NCBI GenBank assembly: GCA_013817465.1 | Contig: JACDCP010000002.1 | Location: forward strand, 1 to 41,351 | DNA: 41,351 nucleotides | Reading direction: 5' to 3' | Origin: Gammaproteobacteria bacterium | Lineage (GTDB): Bacteria; Pseudomonadota; Gammaproteobacteria; Steroidobacterales; JACDCP01 | Shown here: positions 16,574-28,630 of the stretch, piece by piece | How the letters are laid out: each line of letters opens with the position of its first letter | How positions within the stretch are numbered: position 1 is the stretch's first letter | Translations under genes and position numbers: made by a program | The notes under the pieces: model-generated | The model's database searches: none | Seen by the model: only the letters and a program-made list of their open reading frames with translations | Told to the model about the DNA's origin: nothing

Positions 16574-18469
16574 ATGCAGCTCTCCGATCGATACGATGTG
16601 ATCGTCGTCGGCGGCGGCCACGCCGGCACCGAAGCGGCGCTTGCCGCGGCGCGTGCCGGCGCGCGTACGCTGCTGCTCACGCAGAGCATCGAGACGCTCG
16701 GCCAGATGAGCTGCAACCCGGCGATCGGCGGCATCGGCAAGGGACACCTGACGCGCGAGATCGATGCGCTGGGCGGCGCGATGGCGCGCGCGACCGACCG
16801 CGCCGGCATCCAGTTCCGCACGCTGAACGCGCGCAAAGGCCCGGCTGTGCGTGCGACGCGGGCGCAGGCTGACCGCGTGCTTTACCGGCAGGCTATTCGT
16901 TCGCTGATCGAGAATCAGCCGGGGCTCGAACTGTTTCAGCAGGCCGTCGACGACCTGATCGTCGAGGGCGGGCGAGTGCGCGGTGTCGTCACGCAGATGG
17001 GTCTCGAGTTCTTCGCGCCGGCCGTCGTGCTGACTGTCGGCACTTTCCTGGGCGGACGCATTCACATCGGCGAGGCGAACTATCAGGGCGGCCGCGCCGG
17101 CGACGCGCCTGCCAACCGGCTCGCGGCGCGTTTGCGTGAGCTGCCGTTTCGGGTCGGGCGCCTGAAGACCGGCACGCCGCCGCGCATCGACGGGCGCAGC
17201 ATCGATTTCGCGCAGCTCGCAGTCCAGCCTGGCGACGAGCCGGTGCCGGTGTTCTCATTTCTCGGCACGGCGGCCGAGCATCCACGCCAGATCGATTGCC
17301 ACATCACAGCGACCAATGAACGCACGCACGACATCATTCGCGGCGCCCTGCACCGCTCACCGATGTACTCCGGCGCCATCGAAAGTGTCGGCCCGCGCTA
17401 CTGCCCGTCCGTGGAGGACAAGATCGTGCGCTTTGCCGACAAGCAATCGCACCAGGTTTTCGTCGAGCCCGAGGGGCTGTCGACCCACGAGGTCTATCCG
17501 AACGGTATTTCGACGAGCCTGCCGTTCGACGTGCAGCACGCATTCGTGCGCACAATCCGCGGTTTCGAGCGCGCGCATATCACGCGCCCCGGTTATGCTA
17601 TCGAATACGATTACTTCGATCCGCGCGACCTGACGCCGGCGCTCGAGACCCGCTTCATTGCGGGGCTGTTCTTTGCCGGGCAGATCAACGGCACGACCGG
17701 CTATGAGGAAGCCGCCGCACAGGGCCTGCTTGCGGGTGTGAATGCTGCGCGCAAAACCGCCGGCCGCGAGCCCTGGTGGCCGCGCCGCGACGAAGCCTAT
17801 CTCGGCGTGCTGGTCGACGACCTGACCACGCGCGGCACTTCCGAACCTTACCGGATGTTCACGAGCCGGGCTGAATACCGTCTGTTGCTCAGGGAGGACA
17901 ATGCGGACCTGCGCCTGACGCCGGTCGGCCGCGAGCTGGGTGTCGTCGGCGACGAGCGCTGGCGCATCTTTGAAGCCAAGCGCGAGGCGATCGAGCACGA
18001 GACCGCACGCCTCGAGAGCATCGTGCTGCGTCCGGGGGCCGAGCTCATGCCGGGCGTGCCGCTCGACCGCGAGCACACGGCATTCGATCTGCTGAAGCGC
18101 CCGAACGTGGATCACGCGGCACTGACTGCGCTGCCTGCGGTGGGGCGGCGTGAGCCCACCGGCGGCATCGCACCAGAGGTCGAGCGGCAAATCGACCAGC
18201 AAGTGGTGACCCGGGCCCGTTACGCGGGATACCTCAAGCGCCAGCAGGCGGAAATCGCACGCCTTCGCCGCCACGAGGATACCGTCCTGCCAAAAGATAT
18301 CGATTACGCGAGCGTGCGGGGGCTCTCGAATGAAGCTCGCCAGAAGCTCACAGCCCAGCGGCCGGTGACGATGGGTCAGGCATCGCGAATTCCGGGCATG
18401 ACGCCGGCAGCCGTATCGCTGCTGCTCGTCCACTTGAAGCAGCGCGCCGCAAATCGTCGTTCGGCCTGA
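16574..18469 (+). CDS. mnmG: tRNA uridine 5-carboxymethylaminomethyl modification enzyme MnmG (GidA)
   Basis: [29 protein letters not shown]..., [28 protein letters not shown]-like [16 protein letters not shown], and [20 protein letters not shown]. Full-length at 631 aa. Confidence 0.95.
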   Translation: MQLSDRYDVIVVGGGHAGTEAALAAARAGARTLLLTQSIETLGQMSCNPAIGGIGKGHLTREIDALGGAMARATDRAGIQFRTLNARKGPAVRATRAQADRVLYRQAIRSLIENQPGLELFQQAVDDLIVEGGRVRGVVTQMGLEFFAPAVVLTVGTFLGGRIHIGEANYQGGRAGDAPANRLAARLRELPFRVGRLKTGTPPRIDGRSIDFAQLAVQPGDEPVPVFSFLGTAAEHPRQIDCHITATNERTHDIIRGALHRSPMYSGAIESVGPRYCPSVEDKIVRFADKQSHQVFVEPEGLSTHEVYPNGISTSLPFDVQHAFVRTIRGFERAHITRPGYAIEYDYFDPRDLTPALETRFIAGLFFAGQINGTTGYEEAAAQGLLAGVNAARKTAGREPWWPRRDEAYLGVLVDDLTTRGTSEPYRMFTSRAEYRLLLREDNADLRLTPVGRELGVVGDERWRIFEAKREAIEHETARLESIVLRPGAELMPGVPLDREHTAFDLLKRPNVDHAALTALPAVGRREPTGGIAPEVERQIDQQVVTRARYAGYLKRQQAEIARLRRHEDTVLPKDIDYASVRGLSNEARQKLTAQRPVTMGQASRIPGMTPAAVSLLLVHLKQRAANRRSA

Positions 18470-20088
18470 TGCGCAAGGTCTTCTATGTCTCCGTTCTGGC
18501 TGCTGCGCTTCTCATCGGCTGGCAGCTTGCGCGCGATGACGACGCGGGGGTCGAGGCGCCGCCGCCCATGCAGGTGCTTCATCGCGGCAATGGCAACGAG
18601 CCCGAGTCGCTCGATCCGCACGCTTCCCGCACCGACTCGGCCGCGACCATCCTGCGCGACCTCTTCGAAGGACTGGTGACCTTCGATGCCGCGGGCGCGC
18701 TGGCGCCGGGCGTGGCCGAATCCTGGAAGGTCAGCCCGGACGGCATGACCTACAGGTTCACGCTGCGCCCGGACGCACGTTGGTCGAATGGCACGCCTGT
18801 CACGCCACAGGAATTCGCCTACAGCTTTCGCCGTCTCGTCGATCCGGCGACCGCCGCGCAGTATGCGCAAATGCTGGAGCCGATCGTCAACGCCCGGCGC
18901 ATTATCTCCGGCGACTTGCCACCCGGCGAGCTCGGCGTCGAGGCACGGGATGACCGCACCCTGATTGTGCGCCTCGAGTCACCGACGCCGTATCTGCTAG
19001 GCATTTTTACCCATCCCAGCACGTTTCCCGTGCATCCACCGAACCTCGAGGCGCATGGCAGGGATTTTGCGCGGCCCGGCAAGCTGATCTCCAACGGCGC
19101 ATTTCGCCTGACCGGCTGGGTGGTCGGCTCGCACGTGACGGCGGAGCGCAATCCGCACTACCGCGACAACGGGAGCAATGCGATCGACGAAGTGCAGTTT
19201 CATCACATCGTCGAGCAGGCGAGCGAGTTCAAGCGTTACCGGGCCGGCGAGCTCGATTTCACCTACACGGTGCCGCCAGGGCAGTTCGACTGGATCGAGG
19301 AGAACCTCGGCAATCAGTTGCACATCAGCCCGGCGCTCAATGTCTATTTCTACGGCTTCAACCTGACGCGCCCGCCGTTCGAGGACGAGCTCGCGCTGCG
19401 CAAGGCATTGTCGATGGCCGTGGACCGCGAGCAGATCACCGGGAAAATCCTCGGCCGCGGCGAAATACCGGCCTTTGGCTGGGTGCCGCCCGGCATCCAC
19501 GACTACGAGCCGCAATCGTTCGCGTACGCGGATTGGGATCGCGAGCGGCGGCTCGAGGAAGCGCGCCGTCTGTATGCCGAGGCCGGTTATTCGGAGGAAA
19601 ACCCGGCGCGCTTCGAGCTGCGCTACAACACGGGCAGCGATCACGAGCGCATAGCCGTCGCCATCCAGTCGATGTGGAAAGAGGCGCTGGGCGCCGAGGC
19701 GACGCTGGTCAACGAGGAATTCCGTGTCCTCATCCAGAACATGCGCGAGAAGAAAGTCACCGAGATGTTCCGCTCGAGCTGGATAGGCGATTATGACGAC
19801 GCCTACACGTTCGCCCAGGTGCTGGGGAGCCGTTTCGGGCTCAATATGACGGGCTATCACGATCCGGCCTACGACCGGCTGCTCGCCGAGGCGGCAACGG
19901 AGACCGATCTGGCGCGGCGCCGCGAGATTCTCGAAGAAGCGGAACGCGTCATGCTGGCCGACCATCCCGTCATGCCCATCTATTTCTACGTCAACAAAAG
20001 CCTGGTCAAGCCGCGCGTCAGGGGCTGGCAGGACAACATCATGAATTACCATTACTCGCGTCATCTGTCGCTGGCGGCAGAGGAGTGA
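18469..20088 (+). CDS. oppA: peptide ABC transporter substrate-binding protein (family 5, OppA-like)
   Basis: The ATG overlaps the mnmG TGA. Contains the segment NEPESLDPH......LFEGL (as in HRGNGNEPESLDPHASRTDSAATILRDLFEGLV), ...RWSNGTPVT..DF.YS..R... and a typical SBP_bac_5 length of 539 aa. Confidence 0.88.
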   Translation: MRKVFYVSVLAAALLIGWQLARDDDAGVEAPPPMQVLHRGNGNEPESLDPHASRTDSAATILRDLFEGLVTFDAAGALAPGVAESWKVSPDGMTYRFTLRPDARWSNGTPVTPQEFAYSFRRLVDPATAAQYAQMLEPIVNARRIISGDLPPGELGVEARDDRTLIVRLESPTPYLLGIFTHPSTFPVHPPNLEAHGRDFARPGKLISNGAFRLTGWVVGSHVTAERNPHYRDNGSNAIDEVQFHHIVEQASEFKRYRAGELDFTYTVPPGQFDWIEENLGNQLHISPALNVYFYGFNLTRPPFEDELALRKALSMAVDREQITGKILGRGEIPAFGWVPPGIHDYEPQSFAYADWDRERRLEEARRLYAEAGYSEENPARFELRYNTGSDHERIAVAIQSMWKEALGAEATLVNEEFRVLIQNMREKKVTEMFRSSWIGDYDDAYTFAQVLGSRFGLNMTGYHDPAYDRLLAEAATETDLARRREILEEAERVMLADHPVMPIYFYVNKSLVKPRVRGWQDNIMNYHYSRHLSLAAEE

Positions 20089-20092
20089 GGAC

Positions 20093-20977
20093 GTGAAACA
20101 GCTACTGGAGATCGTCCGCAGCCCGGCCGACCACTGGGTAGGCGACGGGTTTCCGGTGCGCACCCTCTTCTCGTACCAGAGCCTCGGCGAGCGCATCAGT
20201 CCGTTTCTGCTGCTCGACTACGCCGGACCGGCTGAGTTTCCGGCGAGCGACCGGCCGCACGGCGTCGGCGAGCACCCGCATCGCGGATTCGAAACGGTGA
20301 CGATCGTTTACCAGGGTGAAGTCGAGCACCGCGATTCGGCCGGCAATGAGGGCCGCATCGGCCCCGGCGACGTGCAGTGGATGACCGCGGCTTCGGGGAT
20401 CCTGCACGAGGAAATGCATTCGGCCGATTTCGCGCGTCGCGGCGGCACCGTGGAGATGGTGCAGCTCTGGGTCAACCTGCCCGCGCGGCTCAAGATGTCG
20501 CCGCCCCGATACCAGACCATCCTGGAGAACCAGATCCCGGAGGTCGCGCTCGAGGAGAAGAGCGGTTCCGTGCGCGTCATCGCGGGCCGCTTCCGTGATG
20601 CGCAGGGTCCGGCGCAAATCTTCACGCCGGTCAATTTGTGGGAGCTGCGCCTCAAAGCCGGCCGGCGAACGGAGCTCCGGCTGCCGGAGGGATACACCAC
20701 CACGCTCCTGGTGCTGCGCGGAGAGGTCGCGCTGAACGCTGGCGAAACGGCGGGACAGGCGGAACTGGCGCTGTTCGATCGTGAGGGTAAAGCCGTCGCC
20801 GTAGAGGCGCGGCAGGACGCGACAGTGTTGCTGCTGAACGGTGAGCCGATCGACGAGCCGCTGGTCGGCTACGGTCCGTTCGTGATGAATACGCAGGAGG
20901 AAATCCGCCGGGCGCACGCCGATTACCGCAGCGGACGCATGGGCCGGCTCGGCTCCCCCGGGGCCGGATCTCATTAG
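20093..20977 (+). CDS. pirin-family protein
   Basis: GTG start with AGGAG 7 nt upstream. HPHRGFETVTIVYQGEVEHRDSAGN and VQWMTAASGILHEE are the cupin metal-site motifs of pirins. Confidence 0.9.
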   Translation: MKQLLEIVRSPADHWVGDGFPVRTLFSYQSLGERISPFLLLDYAGPAEFPASDRPHGVGEHPHRGFETVTIVYQGEVEHRDSAGNEGRIGPGDVQWMTAASGILHEEMHSADFARRGGTVEMVQLWVNLPARLKMSPPRYQTILENQIPEVALEEKSGSVRVIAGRFRDAQGPAQIFTPVNLWELRLKAGRRTELRLPEGYTTTLLVLRGEVALNAGETAGQAELALFDREGKAVAVEARQDATVLLLNGEPIDEPLVGYGPFVMNTQEEIRRAHADYRSGRMGRLGSPGAGSH

Positions 20978-21038
20978 TCGCAACCGGTTCACATCGGCGG
21001 GGGCTCGGTGATCGATTACCTCCGACGTCGCCCGGGTC

Positions 21039-21962
21039 ATGTTCCGTTACTCGGTTAAACGCTTTCTCGGCGCCGGGCCGACGCTGCTGATCCTCGTCGC
21101 GCTGGCGTTCTTTCTCATGCGCGCCGCCCCCGGCGGACCCTTCGATGCCGAGAGGCCTGTGTCGCCGGCGGTGCGCGCCAACCTCGAGCGCGCTTATCAC
21201 CTGGACGAGCCGCTTCTGCAGCAATTCGGCCGCTATGTTGCGGGACTTGTGCGCGGCGATTTCGGCCCGTCGTTCCAGTATCCCGATTACACAGTCACGG
21301 AGCTGATCCGCGAAGGGTTCCCCGTATCGCTCCGGATCGGCGCGTTCGCCATGCTGCTCGCGCTGCTCGCCGGTGTTACGGCTGGCATTCTCGCTGCGCT
21401 CAGGCAGAATCGCGCGGCCGACGCCGGCATCATGGCCGCAGCGATGACCGGCATCTCCATCCCGAACTTCGTCATTGCGCCCTTGCTCATTCTGCTTTTT
21501 GCCGTCCACCTCGACTGGCTGCCCGGTGGCGGTTACGGCGACGGTTCGCTGCGCTATCTGATGCTGCCGGTCGTCGCATTGGCCCTGCCGCAGATCGCCT
21601 ACATCGCCAGGCTCACGCGCGGCAGCATGGTCGAAGTCCTGCGCAGCCCTTTTATCCGTACGGCGCGCGCCAAAGGCCTGCCCGCACATACTGTCGTGCT
21701 GCGCCATGCGCTCAAGCCCGCGCTGCTGCCCGTGGTGTCCTATCTCGGACCGGCCACTGCCGCGCTCATCACAGGGTCCGTGGTCATCGAGCAGATTTTC
21801 GGTATTCCCGGGCTCGGCCGGTTTTTCGTGCAGGGCGCGCTGAATCGCGACTACACACTCGTGCTCGGCGTGGTCGTGTTCTATGGCGCGTTGATCGTAG
21901 TACTCAATCTGATCGTCGACCTGCTCTACGCAGTCCTCGATCCGCGCGTGCGCTATACATGA
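21039..21962 (+). CDS. oppB: oligopeptide ABC transporter permease OppB
   Basis: Near-colinear with E. coli OppB as I recall it: PGGPFDAER, YHLDEP, GDFGPSFQY, FIRTARAKGLP....LRHALKPALLPV, GALNRDY, LYAVLDPRVRY. Confidence 0.9.
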   Translation: MFRYSVKRFLGAGPTLLILVALAFFLMRAAPGGPFDAERPVSPAVRANLERAYHLDEPLLQQFGRYVAGLVRGDFGPSFQYPDYTVTELIREGFPVSLRIGAFAMLLALLAGVTAGILAALRQNRAADAGIMAAAMTGISIPNFVIAPLLILLFAVHLDWLPGGGYGDGSLRYLMLPVVALALPQIAYIARLTRGSMVEVLRSPFIRTARAKGLPAHTVVLRHALKPALLPVVSYLGPATAALITGSVVIEQIFGIPGLGRFFVQGALNRDYTLVLGVVVFYGALIVVLNLIVDLLYAVLDPRVRYT

Positions 21963-22861
21963 GGGGCGTCACGCAGACGCTGCCCGCGGCGGAGCCGGTC
22001 GAAGAGGTTATCGGGCGCGGATTGTGGACGGATGCACTCGCTCGCCTGCGCCACAATCGTGCGGCGATGATCAGCCTGATTGTGCTCGTCTGCGTGATCG
22101 TCCTGGTGCTGCTCGGGCCGTCAGCGAGCCCCTATGCGTACGACGATACGAATTTCGACGCCATCTCGCTGCCGCCGAGCGCAGGCGATGCGCACTACTT
22201 CGGCACCGACACCCTCGGCCGGGATCTTTTTGTGCGCACGCTCATCGGCGGCCGGCTGTCGCTGCTCGTGGGTCTGGTCGCGACCCTCGTGAGCCTCGTG
22301 ATCGGCGTGAGCTACGGCGCCACGGCAGGTTACTTCGGCGGCCGCGTCGATCATTTGATGATGCGCATCGTCGACATACTCTATGCGATGCCGTTCCTGT
22401 TCCTGGTGATCCTTCTGCTGGTGTTCTTCGGCCGCAATCTCCTGCTGATGTTCGTCGCCATCGGCGCCATCAACTGGCTCGACATGGCGCGCATCGTGCG
22501 CGGCCAGACCCTGAGCCTCAGGCGGCGCGAGTTCGTCGAAGCTGCCGTGGTCGGCGGCGTGCCGCCGTTCACGATCATCCGCCGGCACATCGTGCCGAAC
22601 CTGCTCGGCATCGTCGCCGTGTATGTGACCTTGACCATCCCGCAGGTGATGCTCGTCGAATCTTTCCTCAGCTTCCTGGGCCTGGGCGTGCAGGAACCGA
22701 TGACTTCCTGGGGGGCGCTGGTCAATGAAGGCGCGCGCGGCATGGAAACGACGCCGTGGATGCTCATTTTTCCGGCCCTGTTTCTCGCCGCCACGCTGTT
22801 CTGCTTCAACTTTGTCGGCGACGGATTGCGCGACGCGCTTGATCCTGCGGACCGCAAGTAG
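21959..22861 (+). CDS. oppC: oligopeptide ABC transporter permease OppC
   Basis: 4-nt overlap with oppB. Contains YFGTDTLGRDLFVR, the EAA-type loop ARIVRGQTLSLRRREFVEAA and the C-terminal GDGLRDALDP. Confidence 0.9.
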   Translation: MRGVTQTLPAAEPVEEVIGRGLWTDALARLRHNRAAMISLIVLVCVIVLVLLGPSASPYAYDDTNFDAISLPPSAGDAHYFGTDTLGRDLFVRTLIGGRLSLLVGLVATLVSLVIGVSYGATAGYFGGRVDHLMMRIVDILYAMPFLFLVILLLVFFGRNLLLMFVAIGAINWLDMARIVRGQTLSLRRREFVEAAVVGGVPPFTIIRRHIVPNLLGIVAVYVTLTIPQVMLVESFLSFLGLGVQEPMTSWGALVNEGARGMETTPWMLIFPALFLAATLFCFNFVGDGLRDALDPADRK

Positions 22862-22897
22862 GGCCGGTTTCAACCGGCCATCGACTCGTGATAGCCC

Positions 22898-23895
22898 ATG
22901 CCTGTGATCGGACAATCTCCCCAATATTCTGAGCAACCGCTGCTCGAAGTCCGCCATCTCGACGTGCGCTTCACCACACCGGAAGGCGAAGTGAAGGCCG
23001 TGGACGATCTGGAGTTCTCTCTGGTCCGTGGCGAGACGCTCGGGGTGGTCGGCGAATCAGGGTCGGGCAAGACCCAGGTCGCGCACGCAATGCTCGGCCT
23101 GCTTGCAGAGAACGGCCGCGCGACGGGCAGCGTACGCTTCGCCGGCGAGGAGATCCTGAACCTGCCCGCCAAGCGCCTGAATCGCATCCGCGGCGCCGGC
23201 ATGGCGCTGGTGTTCCAGGATCCGATGACCTCGCTCAATCCCTATCTGCGCATCGGCCCGCAGCTCAGCGAGGCGCTGATGGCGCACGAGCCGGTCAGCG
23301 GGCGGCAGGCGCGTGAGGCGGCTTGCAGCATGCTGGACGCCGTGCATCTGGCGCACCCGCGGGCCTGCCTGCGCGCTTATCCCCACGAGCTGTCCGGCGG
23401 CATGCGCCAGCGGGTCATGATCGCAATGGCGCTCATTTGCCGCCCGCGGGTGCTGATCGCGGACGAGCCGAGCACAGCCCTCGATGCGACCGTGCAGGCG
23501 CGCATCCTCGAGCTGCTCAGTGAGCTCAAGCGCGAATTCGAGCTTGCGATGCTGCTGATCACGCACGATCTGGGCGTCGTCGCCGGCACCTGCGATCGCG
23601 TGCTCATCATGTACGGCGGGCGGACGATGGAAGAGGCCGCGGTCGATGACATCTTCTATCGTTCTCAGCATCCGTACACGAGAGGCCTGCTGGGTGCGCT
23701 CCCGCGCCTCGATGCCGCCGGCGTTTCGCGCATGGCGGCGATTCCGGGCCAGCCGCCGAGCCTGCTCGAGCCACAGCCGGGCTGCCCGTTCGAGAAGCGT
23801 TGTGACTACCGGTTCGAGCCCTGCAAACATCAACGCCCGCCGCTGGAGAATGTTTCTGCTGGCCACCGCAAGGCCTGCCACCACGAGAAGTTGCC

Positions 23896-23899
<4 letters not shown>
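22898..23899 (+). CDS. oppD: oligopeptide ABC transporter ATP-binding protein OppD
   Basis: Walker A GESGSGKTQ, signature LSGGMRQRVMIA, Walker B LIADEPSTALD, and the C-terminal oligopeptide-type extension HPYTRGLL...CPF..RC. Confidence 0.9.
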
Positions 23900-24875
<976 letters not shown>

Positions 24876-24891
<16 letters not shown>

Positions 24892-26231
24892 GGCGGCAGC
24901 GCGCCGCCGAACGGTAATGGCAGGGGAATCCCGTTGACCGTCAGGAGGCCGCCCTTGTACGCCGCGTGGGTGACGTAGTAATCGCCCTGCGCCTGAATGA
25001 AGCCGGTGTCGAGCATAAGCTGCACGTATTGCCCGGATTGCGGATCGGCCGCGCCGGCGGCAGCGACCACCGCCTTCGGCAGTCGCAGATCGAGTTCCGC
25101 GACGAGGCCGCCGAGCGCGAGCATCGCATCTTTGGCAACTGCGGCATTCTCGGGAAATTCGAGGTGCAGCTTTGCAAGCACTTCGCCGTCAGGGGTTTGC
25201 ACGCGCAGCTCGTGCAAATCGAAGATCGCCCCTTCTGCAAGTAGCGCGCTCAGCTCGCCCGAGGACTCCGCGATGCCGGCTCCCGCGGCCGGCTTCGCCC
25301 CGGCGCTGGTGTTCTGTAGCGCTTGCGTCAGGCGGCCGAACGCGACGGGATCAGCCCGGGCGAGCTCGACGCTGAGCACAGCCGGACCGGCTCTCCATGC
25401 ATCGGCCTCCAACTCTTGCAGGACGAGCTCGGCACTTGCGACGACATATTCTTCCGGCATCCGCACGGCGTACTGAACCTGTAAGCCCCGCAGGGCCATG
25501 TCGCCTACGTCCTGGCCGGCGTAGGTCGCGGCCGGCATTTTCAACAGCGTTTCGCCGGCCCAGAAGCCGAAATCCGTGAGCGACTGAGTCCAGGAAAACG
25601 TCACCGGGTTCATTTCCAGCCGGCCCTTCGGGTCTTCGAAATGCAGGCCTTCGAGCTTGCCCTCCCCATCCACGCGGGTCGCACTGGCATTGAAATTCAC
25701 GGCGATCTCGGCGCCGTCCGATGTGAAGCGCTTGCCCTCGTTGTCGAGCGTCAGGCGATCGTACGCATAGCGAGCCGTGCCGCCGCCGGTCAGATGGATG
25801 TTGGTGATGACCGTGCCCGGCAGCTCGAGCAGCGTTTCGTCGCCGGAAACGATGCTGAGCTTCGACTCGACCGTGGCGAGCACGGGCAGGAACGTGCCGC
25901 CTTCATCCAGCGCAGTCGCGAGCGCGAACGGCCCGTGGTGCAGGCGGCTGTCGATGACCAGGGTCACGGGCCCGCGCTGCCCGTTATCCATACCTGTCTC
26001 GCGCGGAAAAAAGGCTTCGAGCTTGTCGCTGAGCTCGACGCGATATCGGCCGCGCGAATTGAACCAGCCACGGTCGTATTCGTCAGCCACCATCTCGATG
26101 TGCGGCGATTCCTGCATCGTCATCTCGATCTGGCGCTTGTGCCGCTCCTGCGCCAGCACGCCGACGATGCCGGGCATGACGAGCGCGAGCGCCAGCGCGA
26201 TTGACACTACGATGACGAGGGTTCGCTTCAT
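24876..26231 (-). CDS. DUF945 (YdgA-like) family protein with N-terminal membrane anchor
   Basis: Start at internal Met MKRTLVIVVSIALALALVMPGIVGV. The following ...YDRGWFNSRGRYRVEL... is the usual DUF945 N-terminal pattern. The 3-prime end overlaps the convergent oppF by 16 nt. Confidence 0.75.
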
Positions 26232-26343
26232 TTGATGTCTCTGGTGGATCCTGGATGCCGGGTATCTGTCTGGAAAGCTTACTGCATTGCCGGTGGCGGG
26301 GACGCGTGCCAACATCGGTCATTCCCGAGCCCTGGAGACCGGC

Positions 26344-26835
26344 ATGAAGACTTTCTTTGATTTCTCCGCGCCGAAGATCGACGGTTCCGGCGATGCGATC
26401 GCGGGCCTCGCCGGCAAAACAGTGCTCGCCGTCAATGTGGCGAGCGAATGCGGCTACACGCCTCAGTATGCGGGGCTGGAACGGCTTCACGAGGCGTTTG
26501 GCGAGCGCGGTTTCGCCGTGCTCGGCTTTCCATGCAACCAGTTCGGCGCGCAGGAGCCGGGCACGGAAGAAGAAATCCAGACATTCTGCAGTGTCAATTA
26601 CGGTGTCGAGTTTCCCCTGACGCGCAAAATCGAAGTCAACGGTGCCAAGCGTCACCCTGTCTTCGCCTGGCTGACCGGTGAGGGGCAGGGATTTCCGGGC
26701 GACGTGAAGTGGAATTTTGAGAAGTTCCTGGTCGACGCCGATGGCCGGCTGATTGGCCGCTACGGCTCCAGAATTAAGCCGGATGACGTCAGGCTGCAGG
26801 CGGACATCTGCAAGGCGCTCGACGCGCGACCCTGA
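26344..26835 (+). CDS. glutathione peroxidase (Cys-type)
   Basis: MKTFFDFSAPKIDG..., active-site NVASECGYTPQY, LGFPCNQFGAQEPG and KWNFEKFLV are the three canonical GPx motifs. Confidence 0.9.
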   Translation: MKTFFDFSAPKIDGSGDAIAGLAGKTVLAVNVASECGYTPQYAGLERLHEAFGERGFAVLGFPCNQFGAQEPGTEEEIQTFCSVNYGVEFPLTRKIEVNGAKRHPVFAWLTGEGQGFPGDVKWNFEKFLVDADGRLIGRYGSRIKPDDVRLQADICKALDARP

Positions 26836-26950
26836 GCACGTCGACTGCTTCCGACGGCCGCGCCGTTGCTGGCAATTTCGCAACCGGCTGATTACCATGT
26901 GCGCCCCGTTCGGCCAATTCCACCCTCATCATCCCGGGGACAGGCGAAGC

Positions 26951-27562
26951 GTGCTCGATCCGAAGCTGACTAAGGCGGCCTCGCGCCGCGTCCTGGCAGC
27001 CGCCGCGCTGCTGGCGGCGTCCGGCGCGTCGTGGGCGCAAGGCGATCCCGCCGACGGCCGGATACTCGCCGAGACGTGCCTCGGTTGCCATGGCATCCAA
27101 GGCTACATGAACGCCTATCCAAACTATCACGTACCGAAGCTCGGCGGCCAGAAAGCGGACTACATCGTCGCGGCGCTCAATGCGTACAAGGCTGAACAGC
27201 GTCCGCATGCCACCATGCATTCGCAGGCCGCGACGCTGAGCGACGAGGATATGCAGGCCATCGCCGCCTACTTCGAGAGTACCGCCACCGTGGCGCCGGC
27301 CACGGCAGACAGGCTTCCGCAGCAAGCCGCTGCCTGTGTCGCGTGCCACGGTGAAACGGGCGTGGCGCCCTCGCCGGCGTTCCCGACTCTGGCCGGCCAA
27401 TATGCCGACTATCTGGCACGTACGCTTCGTGAGTACAAGAGCGGCGAACGTCAGAATGCGATCATGGCCGGGTTTGCCGCCCAGCTCGGCGACGAGGAAA
27501 TCGAGGAGCTCGCTGCCTGGTATGCCGGACAGGATGGCCTCGTGACCCCCGGGCTCGACTGA
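26951..27562 (+). CDS. dihaem cytochrome c4-family protein
   Basis: Two CxxCH motifs (CLGCH, CVACH), each followed by P.L.GQ...Y......Y and a Met ligand region. The signal peptide RRVLAAAALLAASGASWA follows the proposed GTG 26951. An alternative ATG exists at 26897. Confidence 0.85.
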   Translation: MLDPKLTKAASRRVLAAAALLAASGASWAQGDPADGRILAETCLGCHGIQGYMNAYPNYHVPKLGGQKADYIVAALNAYKAEQRPHATMHSQAATLSDEDMQAIAAYFESTATVAPATADRLPQQAAACVACHGETGVAPSPAFPTLAGQYADYLARTLREYKSGERQNAIMAGFAAQLGDEEIEELAAWYAGQDGLVTPGLD

Positions 27563-27657
27563 GGCAGGGTCAAATCCTGTCCATCCCGGCTTCGTCCAAT
27601 GATCCGAACCGGGCCGGATCGACAGGCGCTGACTGCATTTACCCGATCTGATCCAAC

Positions 27658-28626
27658 ATGCTTACGCAGCCCTACTACACCGATCTCCAGCATGGCATCA
27701 CCGCCATCGACACGGGCTACTTGCGCCCGCGCATGGCCGCGAGCCATCTTCTCGTGGATGCAGGCCGCGCCGCGTTCGTCGATACCGGCACCTCGCATTC
27801 ATTGCCCCGCTTGCTCGGCGCGCTCGAGCGGGTTGGGCTCACGCGCGCGGCGGTCGACTACGTATTCGTTACGCACGTGCACCTCGACCATGCCGGTGGC
27901 GCCGGTACGCTCATGCAGGCGCTGCCCGAGGCAACTGCGATCGTGCACCCGCGGGGAGCGCGCCACCTGGTCGATCCGGACAAGCTCGTCGCCGGCACCA
28001 AGGCCGTATATGGCAAGAAACGCTACACCGACCTGTATGGCGTTCTCACGCCCATTCCACGGGCGCGCATTCACACCGTCGAGGATCGCGACCGTCTGTG
28101 GCTCGGCAACCGCGAGCTCGAGCTGATTCACACCGAGGGCCATGCGCGGCATCACTATTGCATCGTCGACGCGATATCGCGGGGAATATTCACCGGCGAC
28201 AGCTTCGGCGTGTCTTACCGCGAGCTCGATACGGCGCAGGGCGAGTTCATTTTTCCGACTACTACGCCGGTGCACTTCGATCCTGTGGCCGCGCATGCCT
28301 CCATCGACCGCATCCTCGGTTACGAGCCGCGCGCCTGTTTCCTTACGCATTACAGTGAAGTGACCGGTGTCGGCCGGCTTGCCCGTGACCTGCACGAATG
28401 CCTGGACGCCTTCGTTGCCATGGCCGGCCGTTTCGCCGGATCGGCTGACCGCCGGCCGCGGCTGCAGGCGGCCATGTTCGATTTTCTGTCCGCCCGCCTC
28501 GATGAGCACGGCTTCGAGCGTGATGCCGGCAGGCGCCACGCGTTGCTCGACATGGATATAGCGCTCAATGTGCAGGGTCTCGAGTTCTGGCTGGACAAGC
28601 AGGTCGCCGTGCAAAAACAAGCGTAG
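27658..28626 (+). CDS. MBL-fold metallo-hydrolase
   Basis: THVHLDHAGG (HxHxDH) metal motif, a later HTEGHARHH, and GD.FG. 322 aa. Four nt separate it from the next gene. Confidence 0.8.
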   Translation: MLTQPYYTDLQHGITAIDTGYLRPRMAASHLLVDAGRAAFVDTGTSHSLPRLLGALERVGLTRAAVDYVFVTHVHLDHAGGAGTLMQALPEATAIVHPRGARHLVDPDKLVAGTKAVYGKKRYTDLYGVLTPIPRARIHTVEDRDRLWLGNRELELIHTEGHARHHYCIVDAISRGIFTGDSFGVSYRELDTAQGEFIFPTTTPVHFDPVAAHASIDRILGYEPRACFLTHYSEVTGVGRLARDLHECLDAFVAMAGRFAGSADRRPRLQAAMFDFLSARLDEHGFERDAGRRHALLDMDIALNVQGLEFWLDKQVAVQKQA

Positions 28627-28630
28627 GGCC

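Noticed and set aside
20091-20100. ACGTGAAACA, a half of the parS consensus TGTTTCACGTGAAACA; searched because parAB are present
   Set aside because: The left half-site is absent (gtgagg). No full 16-bp parS palindrome was seen by eye anywhere in the window, including within or near parB.
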